From assembly GCF_009914755.1 (NCBI RefSeq), contig NC_060933.1: a stretch of DNA of 64,000 nt; one strand, 5' to 3'. This DNA comes from the human T2T-CHM13v2.0 reference genome, Homo sapiens. A model generated the notes under the pieces. The model saw only the letters and a list, made by a program, of their open reading frames with translations. It was not told the DNA's origin and ran no database searches. Position numbers and translations under genes: made by a program. Positions 44,401 to 55,958 of this stretch are shown piece after piece; position 1 is the stretch's first letter; each line of letters starts with the position of its first letter.

Positions 44401-47400
44401 AAGGGAGTTGAAAAGAATCAATCCGAATGTAATGGAATGGAACGGAATGGAATGGAATGGAATGGAATGGAATGCAATGGAATGCAATGGAATGGAATCA
44501 ACCCGAGTACAATGGAATGGAATGGAATGGAATGGAATGGAATGGAATGGAATGATACGGAATAGAATGGAATGGAACGCAATGAAATGGAATGGAATGG
44601 AATGCAATGGAATGGAATGGAATGGAATGGAATCGTTCCGAGTGGAATAGGAGGGAATGTATTCGAGTGGAATGGAAAGGAATGGAATCAACAAGAGTGG
44701 AATGGAAGGGAATGGAATGGAATGGAAACTAATAGAATGGAATCAACCCGAGTGTAATGGAATGGAAAGGACTGGAATAGAATGAAATGGAATCGAATCA
44801 ACTCGACTGTAATGGAATGGAATGGAATGGAATAGAATGGAATGGAATGGAATGGAATCAACCCGAGTGCAATGGAATGGAGTGGAATGGAATGGAATGG
44901 AATGGAACAACCCGAATGGAATGGAATGTAATGGAGAGTAAGGGAGTTGAATAGAAGCAATCCGAATGTAATGGAATGGAATGGAACGGAATGGAATGGA
45001 ATGGAATGGAATGGAATGCAATGGAATGGAATCAACCCGAGTTCAATGGAATGGAGAGGAATGGAATGGAATCGAATGGAAACTACCCGAATGGAATGTA
45101 ATGTAATGGAGTGTAAGGGAATTGAATAGAATCAATCCGAATGTAATGGAATGGAATGGAACGGAATGGAATGGAAAGGAATGGAATGGAATGGAATGGA
45201 ATGGAATGGAATGGAATCAACTCGATTGCAATCGAATGCAATGGAATGGAATTAACCCGAATAGAATGGAATGGAATGGAATGGGACGGAACGGAATGGA
45301 ATGGAATGGAATGGAATGGAATGGAATGGAACGGAGCGGAATGGAATGGAATGGAATGGAATGGAATCAATGCGAGTGCAGTGGAATGGAATGGAATGGA
45401 ATGCAATGGAATGGAATCTTCCGGAATGGAATGGAATGGAATGGAATGGAATGGAATGAAATGCAATGGATTCAACTAGATTGCAATGGAATGGAATAGA
45501 ATGGAATGGAATGGAATGGAATGGAATTAATCCGAATAGAATGGAATGGAATGGAATGGAACGGAATGGAACGGAATGGAATGGAATGGAATGGAATGGT
45601 ATGGAATGGAATGGAATGGTACGGAATAGAATGGAATGGAACGAATTGTAATGGAATGGAATTCAATGGAATGGAATGGAATGGAATGGAATCAACGCGA
45701 ATGCAGGGGAATGTAATGGAACGGAATGCAATGGAATGGAATCATCCGGAATGGAATGGAATGGAATGGAATCAACCCGAGTGCAATGGAATGGAGTGGA
45801 ATGGAATGGAATGCAATGGAACAAACCGAATGGAATGGAATGTAATGGAGAGTAAGGGAGTTGAATAGAATCAAACCGAATGTAATGGAATGGAATGCAA
45901 CGGAATGGAATGGAATGGAATGGAATGGAATGGAATGGAATGGAATGGAATGCAAAGGAATGGAATCAACCCGAGTGGAATGGCGTGGAATGGAATGCAA
46001 TGGAATGGAATGGAATGGAATCAACTCGAGTGGAAAGGAATGGAATGGAATGGAAAGGCATGGAATGAAATCAACTCGAGTGGAATGGAATGGAATGGAA
46101 TGGAATGGAATGGATTGCAATGGAATGAAATGGAATGGAATGGAATGGAATCAATCATTCCGACTGGAATGGAAGGGAATGTAATGGAGTGGAAAGAAGG
46201 GAATGGAATCAACCGAATTGGAATGCAAGGCAATGGAATGGAATGGAAAGGAATGGAATGGAATCAACTCGATTGGAATGGAATGGAATGGAATGGAATG
46301 GAATGGAATTAACCGGAATAGAATGGAATGCAATGGAATGGAACGGAATGGAATGGAAAGGAAGGGAATGGAATCAACACGAGTGCAGGGGAATGCAATG
46401 GAATGGAATGCAATGGAATGGAATCATCCGGAATGGAATGGAATGGAATGGAATGGAATCAACTCCATTGCAATGGAATGGAATGGAATGGAATGGAATA
46501 GAATGGAAAGGAATTAACCCGAATAGAATGGAATGCAATAGAATGGAATGGAACGGAACTGAATGGAGTGGAATGGAATGGAATGGAATCAACCTGAGTG
46601 CAGGGGAATGGAATGGAATGGAATGCAATGGAATGGAATCATCCGGAATGGAATGGAATGGAATGGAATGGAATCAAACCGAGTGCAATGGAATGGAGTG
46701 AAATGGAATGGAATGGAATGGAAACAACCAGAATGGATTGGAATATAATGGAGTGTAAGGGAATTGAATAGAATCAATCTGAATGTAATGAAATGGAATG
46801 GAACGGAATGGAATGGAATGGAATGGAATCGAATGGAATGGAATGGAATGGAATCAAGCAGAGTGCAATGGAATGGATTCGAATGGAATGGAATGGAGTG
46901 GAATGGATTCAACCCGAATGGAATGGAAAGGAATGGAATCAACGCGAGTGGAATGGCATGGAATGGAATGGAATGGAATGCAATGGAATGGAATGGAACG
47001 GAACGGAATGGAACGGAACGGATCGGAGTGGAATGGAATGGAATGGAATTGTATGGAATGGAATGGAATGTTACGGAATAGAATGGAATGGAAAGAATTG
47101 GAATGGAATGGAATCGAATGGAATGGAATGGAATGGAATGGAATCAACCCGAGTGCAGGGGAATGTAATGGAACGGAATGCAATGGAATGGAATCATCCG
47201 GAATGGAATGGAATGGAATGGAATGGAATGGAATAAATCCGAGTGCAATGGAATGGAGTGGAATGGAATGGAATGGAATGGAACAACCCGAATGGAATGG
47301 AATGTAATGGAGAGTAAGGGAGTTGAATAGAATCAATCCGAATGTAATGGAATGGAATGCAACGGAATGGAATGGAATGGAATGGAATGGAATGCAATGG

Positions 47401-50400
47401 AATGGAATCAACCCGAGTACAATGGAATGGAATGGAATGGAATGGAATGGAATGGAATGGAATGGAAGGGAATGCCTTCAAACCGAATGGAATGGAAAGG
47501 AATGAAATCAACACGAGTGGAATGGAATGGAATGGAATGGAATGGAATGATACAGAATAGAATGGAATGGAACGAAATGGAATGGAATGGAATGGAATGG
47601 AATGGAATGGAATGGAATGGAAAGGAATCGTTCCGAGTGGAATAGGAGGGAATGTATTCGAGTGGAATGGAAAGGAATGGAATCAACCAGAGTGGAATGG
47701 AAGGGAATGGAATGGAATGGAAACTAATAGAATGGAATCAATCCGAGTGGAATGGAATGGAAAGGACTGGAATGGAAAGGAATGGAATGGAATGGAATGG
47801 AATGGAATGGAATCAACGCGAGTGCAGGGGAATGGAATGGAATCGAATGGAATGGAATGGAATGGAATGGAATGGAATGGAATCAACCCGAGTGCAGGGG
47901 AATGTAATGGAACGGAATGCAATGGAATGGAATCATCCGGAATGGAATGGAATGGAATGGAATGGAATGGAATCAACCCGAGTGCAATGGAATGGAGTGG
48001 AATGGAATAGAATGGAATGGAACAACCCGAATGGAATGGAATGTAATGGAGAGTAAGTGAGTTGAAAAGAATCAATCCGAATGTAATGGAATGGAATGGA
48101 ACGGAATGGAATGGAACGGAATGGAATGGAATGGAATGGAATGGAATGGAATGCAATGGAAAGGAATCAACCCGAGTACAATGGAATGGAATGGAATGGA
48201 ATGGAATGGAATGGAATGGAATGCAATGGAATGGAATCTTCCGGAATGGAATGGAATGGAATGGAATCGAATGCAATGGATTCAACTCGATTGCAATGGA
48301 ATGGAATAGAATGGAATGGAATGGAATGGAATGGAATTAAACCGAATAGAATGGAATGGAATTGAATGGAACGGAACGGAACGGAACGGAACGGAACGGA
48401 GTGGAATGGAATGGAATGGAATTGTATGGAATGGAATGGAATGTTACGGAATAGAATGGAATGGAAAGAATTGGAATGGAATGGAATCGAATGGAATGGA
48501 ATGGAATGGAATGGAATCAACCCGAGTGCAGGGGAATGTAATGGAACGGAATGCAATGGAATGGAATCATCCGGAATGGAATGGAATGGAATGGAATGGA
48601 ATGGAATAAATCCGAGTGCAATGGAATGGAGTGGAATGGAATGGAATGGAATGGAACAACCCGAATGGAATGGAATGTAATGGAGAGTAAGGGAGTTGAA
48701 TAGAATCAATCCGAATGTAATGGAATGGAATACAACGGAATGGAATGGAATGGAATGGAATGGAATGGAATGCAATGGAATGGAATCAACCCGAGTACAA
48801 TGGAATGGAATGGAATGGAATGGAATGGAATGGAATCAATGCGAGTGCAGGGGAATGGAATGGAATGGAATGCAATGGAATGGAATCTTCCGGAATGGAA
48901 TGGAATGGAATGGAATGGAATGAAATGCAATGGATTCAACTCGATTGCAATGGAATGGAATAGAATGGAATGGAATGGAATGGAATGGAATTAACACGAA
49001 TAGAATGGAATGGAATGGAATGGAATGGAATGGAATGGAATCAACTCGATTGCAATCGAATGGAATGGAATGGAATTAACCCGAATAAAATGGAACGGAA
49101 TAGAACGGAACGGAACGGAAAGGAATGGAATGGAATGGAATGGAACGGAATGGAAGGGAATGGAATGGAATAGAATGGAATGGAATGGAATGGAATCAAC
49201 GCGAGTGCAGGGGAATGGAATGGAATGGAATGCAATGGAATGGAATCTTCTGGAATGGAATGGAATGGAATGGAATGGAATGCAATGGATTCAACTCGAT
49301 TGCAATAGAATGGAATAGAATGGAATGGAATGGAATGGAATTAACCCGAATAGATTGGAATGGAATGGAATGGAACGGAACGGAACGGAACGGAATGGAA
49401 TGGAATGGAATGGAATGGAATGGAATGGAATTGTATGGAATGGAATGGAATGGTACGGAATAGAAAGGAATGGAAAGAATTGGAATGGAATGGAATCGAA
49501 TGGAATGGAATGGAATGGAATGGAACGGAACGGAACGGAACGGAATGGAATGGAATGGAATGGAATGGAATGGAACGGAAAGGAATGGAATGGAATGGAA
49601 TGGAATGGAATGGAATCTTCCGGAATGGAATGGAATGGAATGGAATGGAACGGAATGGAATGCAATGGATTCAACTCGATTGCAATGGAATGGAATAGAA
49701 TGGAATGGAATGGAATGGAATGGAATAGAATGGAATGGAATGGAATGGAATGGAATTAACCCGAATAGAATGGAATGGAATGAAATGGAACGGAACGGAA
49801 CGGAACGGAATGGAATGGAATGGAATGGAATGGAATGGAATGGAATTGTATGGAATTGAATGGAATGGTACGGAATAGAATGGAATGGAATGGAATGGAA
49901 TGGAATGGAATGGAATGGAATGGAATGGAATCAACCCGAGTGCAATGGAATGGAGTGGAATGGAATGGAATGGAATGGAACAACCCGAATGGAATGTAAT
50001 GTAATGGAGAGTAAGGGAGTTGAATAGAATCAATCCGAAAGTAATGGAATGGAACGGTATGGAATGGAATGGAATGGAATGGAATGGAATGGAATGGAAT
50101 GGAATGGAATGCAATGGAATGGAATCAACCCGAGTACAATGGAATGGAATGGAATGGAATGCAATGGAATATAATGGAATGGAATGGAATGGAATCAACC
50201 CGAGTGCAATGGAATGGAGAGGAATGGAATGGAATGGAATGGAAACTACCCGAATGGAATGGAATGTAATGGAGTGTAAGGGAATTGAATAGAATCAATC
50301 CGAATGGAATGGAATGGAATGGAACGGAATGTAATGGAATGGAATGGATTGGAATGGAATCAACCCGAGTGCAGGGGAATGGAATGGAATGGAATGCAAT

Positions 50401-52510
50401 GGAATGGAATCATCCGGAATGGAATGGAATGGAATGGAATGGAATGGAATGGAATGGAATGGAATCAACCCGAGTGCAATGAAATGGAGAGGAATGGAAT
50501 GGAATGGAATGGAAACTACCCGATTGGAATGTAATGTAATGGAGTGTAAGGGAATTGAATAGAATGAATCCGAATGGAATGGAATGGAATGGAACAGAAT
50601 GGAACGGAATGCAATGGAATGGAATGGAATGGAATGGAATGGAATGGAATGGAATGGAATGGTATGGAATGGAATGGAATGGTACGGAATAGAATGGAAA
50701 GGAAAGAATTGGAATGGAATGGAATGGAATGGAATGGAATGGAATGGAATGGAATGGAATGGAATCAACCCGAGTGCAGGGGAATGTAATGGAACGGAAT
50801 GCAATGGAATGGAATCATCCGGAATGGAATGGAAAGGAATGGAATGGAATGGAATGGAATGGAATGGAATAGAATGGAATAGAATGGAATCAACTCGATT
50901 GCAATCGAATGGAATGGAATGGAATTAACCCGAATAGAATGGAATGGAATGGAATGGAACGGAACGGAATTGAATGGAATGGAATGGAATGGAACGGAAA
51001 GGAATGGAATGGAATGGAATGGAATGGAATGGAATGGAATGGAATGGAATCAACGCGAGTGCAGGGGAATGGAATGGAATGGAATGGAATGGAATGGAAT
51101 GGAATGGAATCAACCCGAGTGCAATGGAATGGAGTGGAATGCAATGGAATGGAATGGAACAACCCGAATGGAATGGAATGTAATGGAGAGTAAGGGAGTT
51201 GAAAAGAATCAATCCGAATGTAATGGAATGGAATGGAACGGAATAGAATGGAATGGAATGGAATGGAATGGAATGGAATGCAATGGAATGTAATCAACCC
51301 GAGTGCAATCGAATGGAATCGAATGGAATGGAATGCAATGGAATGGATTCAACTTGAATGGAATGGAAAGAATGGAATCAACACGAGTGGAATGGCATGG
51401 ATTGGAATGGAATGGAATGGAATCAACCCAAGTACAGGGGAATGGAATGGAATGGAATGCAATGGAATGGAATCATCCGTAATGGAATGGAAAGGAATGG
51501 AATGGAATGGAATGGAATGGAATGGAATGGATTGGAATCAACTCGATTGTAATCAAATGGAATGGAATGGAATTAACCCCAATAGAATGGAATGGAATGG
51601 AATGGAACGGAACGGAATGGAAGGGAATGGAATGGAATGCAATGCAATGGAACGGAAAGGAATGGAATGGAATGGAATGGAATGGAATGGAAAGGAATGG
51701 AATGGATTCAACGCGAGTGCAGGGGAATGGAATGGAATGGAATGCAATGGAATGGAATCTTCCGGAATGGATTGGAATGGAATGGAATGGAATGCAATGG
51801 ATTCAACTCGATTGCAATGGAGTGGAATAGAATGGAATGGAATGGAATGGATTTAACCCGAATAGAATGGAATGGAATGGAATGGAACGGAACGGAACGG
51901 AACGGAACGGAATGGAATGGAATGGAAAGGAATGGAATGGAATTGTATGGAATGGAATGGAATGGTACGGAATAGAATGGAATGGAAAGAATTGGAATGG
52001 AATGGAATCGAATGGAATGATATGGAATGGAATGGAATGGAATGGAATCAACCCGAGTGCAGGCGAATTTAATGGAACGGAATGCAATGGAATGGAATCA
52101 TCCGGAATGGAATGGAATGGAATGGAATGGATTGGAATCAACCCGAGTGCAATGCAATGGAGTGGAATGGAATGGAATGGAATGGAACAGCACGAATGGA
52201 ATGGAACGTAATGGAGAGTAAGGGAGTTGAATAGAATCAACCCGAATGTAATGGAATGGAATGGAACGGAATGGAATGGAATGGAATGCAATGGAATGGA
52301 ATCAACCCGAGTACAATGGAATGGAATGGAATGGAATGGAATGGAATGCAATATAATGGAATCAACCCGAGTGCAATCGAATGGAATCGAATGGAATGGA
52401 ATGCAATGGAATGGATTCAACTTGAATGGAATGGAAAGAATGGAATCAACACGAGTGGAATGGCATGGAATGGAATGGAATGGAATGGAATCAACCCGAG
52501 TACAGGAGAA

Positions 52511-53091
52511 TGGAATGGAATGGAATGCAATGGAATGGAATCATTAGTAATGGAATGGAAAGGAATGGAATGGAATGGAATGGAATGGAATGGAATGGAA
52601 TGAACTCGATTGCAATCGAATGGAATGGAATGGAATTAACCCGAATAGAATGGAATGGAATGGAATGGAACGGAACGGAATGGAATGGAATGGAATGGAA
52701 TGGAACGGAACGGAACGGAATGGAATGGCATGGAATGGAATTGAATGGAATGGAATCAACGCGAGTGCAGGGGAATGGAATGGAATGGAATGGAATGGAA
52801 TGCAATGGAATGGAATCATTAGTAATGGAATGGAAAGGAATGGAATGGAATGGAATGGAATGGAATGGAATGGAATGAACTCGATTGCAATCGAATGGAA
52901 TGGAATGGAATTAACCCGAATAGAATGGAATGGAATGGAATGGAACGGAACGGAATGGAATGGAATGGAATGGAATGGAACGGAACGGAACGGAATGGAA
53001 TGGCATGGAATGGAATTGAATGGAATGGAATCAACGCGAGTGCAGGGGAATGGAATGGAATGGAATGGAATGGAATGCAATGGAATGGAAT
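52511..53091 (+). repeat. Tandem duplication, 275 bp unit x2
   Basis: TCATTAGTAA at 52541 and 52816; AATGAACTCGATTGC and GGCATGGAATGGAATTG in both copies. Confidence 0.92.
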
Positions 53092-55555
53092 CTTCCGGAA
53101 TGGAATGGAATGGAATGGAATGGAATGCAATGGATTCAACTCGATTGCAATGGAATGGAATAGAATGGAATGGAATGGAATGGAATGGATTTAACCCTAA
53201 TAGAATGGAATGGAATGGAATGGAATGGAACGGAATAGAACGGAATGGAAAGGAATGGAATGGAATGCAATGGAATGGAATGCTATGGAATGGAATGGAA
53301 TGGTACGGAATAGAATGGAATGGAACGAATTGGAATGGAATGGAATCGAATGGAATGGAATGGAATGGAATGGAATCAACGCGATTGCAGGGGAATGTAA
53401 TAGAACGGAATGCAATGGAATGGAATCATCCGGAATGGAATGGAATGGAATGGAATGGAATGGAATGCAATGGAATGGAATCAACCCGAGTGCAATGGAA
53501 TGGAGTGGAATGGAATGGAATGGAATGGAAGAACCCGAATGGAATGGAATGTAATGGAGAGTAAGGGAGTTAAAAAGAATCAATCCGAAAGTAATGGAAT
53601 GGAATGGAACGGAATGGAATGGAATGGAATGGAATGGAATGGAATGGAATGGAATGGAATCAACCCGAGTGCAATCGAATGGAATCGAATGGAATGGAAT
53701 GCAATGGAATGGATTCAACTTGAATGGAATGGAAAGAATGGAATCAACACGAGTGGAATGCCATAGATTGCAATGGAATGGAATGGAATAAACCTGAGTA
53801 CAGGGGAATGGAATGGAATGGAAAGCAATGGAATGGCATGATCCGAAATGGAATGGAAAGGAATGGAATGGAATTGAATGGGATGGAATGGCTTCAAACC
53901 GAATGGAATGGAAAGGAATGGAATCAACACGAGTGGAATGGAATGGAATGGAATGGAATGGAATGGAATGGAATGGAATGGTATGGAATAGAATGGAATG
54001 GAACGGAATGGAATGGAATAGAATGCAATGGAATGGAATGGAATTGTTCCGAGGGAATAGGAGGGAATGTATTCGAGTGGAATGGAAAGGAATGGAATCA
54101 ACCAGAGTGGAATGGAAGGGAATAGAATGGAATGGAAACTAATAGAATGGAATCAACCCGAGTGGAATGGAATGGAAAGGAATGGAATGGAATGTAATGG
54201 AATGGAATGGAATATAATGGAATGGAATGGAATGGAATGGAATCAACTCGATTGTAATGGAATGGAATGGAATGGAATGGAATGGAATGGAATGGAATGG
54301 AATGGAATTAACCCGAATACAATGGAATGGAATGCAATGGAACGGAATGGAGTGGAATGGAATGGAATCAACCCGAGTGCAGGGGAATGGAATGGAATGG
54401 AATGCAATGGAATGGAATCATCCGGAATGGAATGGAATGGAATGGAATGCAATGCAATGGAATCAACTCGATTGCAATGGAATGGAATGGAAAGGAATAG
54501 AATGGAATCAACCCGAGTGGAATGGAATGGAAAGGACTGGAATGGAGTGGAATGGAATGCAATGGAATGGAATTAACTCGATTGGAATGGAATGGAAAGG
54601 AATGGAATGGAATTAACCCGAATAGAATGGAATGGAATGGAATGGAACGGAATGGAATAGAATGGAATGGAATGGAATGGAATGGAATGGAATCAACCCG
54701 AGTGCAGGGGAATGGAATGGAATGGAATGCAATGGAATGGAATCATCCGGAACGGAATGGAATGGAATGTAATGGAATCAACTCGATTGCAATGGAATGG
54801 AATGGAATGGAATGGAATGGAATGGAATGGAATTCACCCGAATAGAATGGAATGGAATGGAATGGAAAGGAATGGAAGGGAAGGGAATGGAATGTAATCA
54901 ACCCGAGTGCAGGGGAATGGAATGGAATGGAATGCAATGGAATGGAATCATCCGGAATGGAATGGAATTGAATGGAATGGAATGGAATGGAATGGAATGG
55001 AATAGAATGCAATGGAATGGAATCAACCCGAGTACAATGGAATGGAATGGAATGGAATGGAATGGAGTGGAATGGAATGGAATTGAATGGAATGGAATGC
55101 CTTCAAACTGAATGGAATGGAAAGGAATGTAATCAACACGAGTGGAATGGAATCGAATGCAATGGAATGGAATGGAATGGAATGGTACGGAATAGAATGG
55201 AATGGAACGAAATGGAATGGAATGGAATGGAATGGAATGGAATGGAATGGAATGGAATGGAATGGAATCGTTCCGAGTGGAATAGGAGGGAATGTATTCG
55301 AGTGAAATGGAAAGGAATGGAATCAACCAGAGTGCAATGGAAAGGAATGGAATGGAATGGAAACTAATAGAATGGAATCAACCCGAGTGGAATGGAATGG
55401 AAAGGACTAGAATGGAATGGAATGGAATGGAATGGAATGGAATGGAATCAACTCCATTGTAATGGAATGGAATGGAATGGAAAGGAATGGAATGGAATGC
55501 AATGGAATTAACCCGAATACAATGAAAAGGAATGGAATGGAACGGAATGCAAAGC

Positions 55556-55583
55556 AATGGAATCAACTCGGGTTGATTCCATT
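55556..55583. other. Inversion breakpoint / strand switch with 12-bp inverted arms
   Basis: AATGGAATCAAC-TCGG-GTTGATTCCATT. ACTCG (55566-55570) fits both the left motif CAACTCG(ATT) and the right motif ACTCGGGTTG. Confidence 0.95.
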
Positions 55584-55943
55584 CCCTTCTTTCCATTCCA
55601 TTCCATTCCATTCCATTCCGTTCCATTCCATTCCATTACATTCGGATTGATTCTATTCAATTCCCTTACACTCCATTACATTCCATTCCATTCGGGTAGT
55701 TTCCACTCCATTCCATTCCCCTCCTCTCCATTCCATTGCACTCGGGTTGATTCCATTCCATTGCATTCCATTCCATTCCATTCAATTCCATTCCGTTCCA
55801 TTCCATTCCATTACATTCGGATTGATTCTATTCAACTCCCTTACTCTCCATTACATTCGATTCCATTCAGGTTGTTCCATTCCATTCCATTCCATTCCAC
55901 TCCACTCCATTGCACTCGAGTTGATTCCATTCCATTCCATTCC

Positions 55944-55958
55944 ATTCCGGAAGATTCC
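55944..55958 (-). promoter_or_regulatory. Perfect heat-shock element in the inverted arm (first of 4)
   Basis: ATTCCGGAAGATTCC; also at 58483, 58707 and 59545. Confidence 0.65.

Larger units (their letters stand above)
1..55570 (+). repeat. Human Satellite III (HSat3B-type) array, G-rich (GGAAT)n strand on +
   Basis: Continuous GGAAT pentamers interspersed with CAACCCGAGT, CAACTCGATT, TAACCCGAAT, CAACACGAGT, CAACGCGAGT and CATCCGG variants; no non-satellite insert seen. Confidence 0.97.
1..55570 (+). ncRNA. Potential template for stress-induced G-rich SatIII lncRNA
   Basis: Inferred from the family: HSF1 drives SatIII transcription at 9q12 in nuclear stress bodies, and HSEs are embedded here. 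No start or end site can be defined from the sequence. Confidence 0.3.

Noticed and set aside
55378-55650. Chimeric MEWNG/IPFHS ORFs
   Set aside because: They only reflect the inversion junction.
55500-55700. Transposon insertion or simple fold-back read artefact at the junction
   Set aside because: No foreign sequence, poly-A or target-site duplication is present, and the right arm is not a mirror of the adjacent left arm beyond 12 bp.
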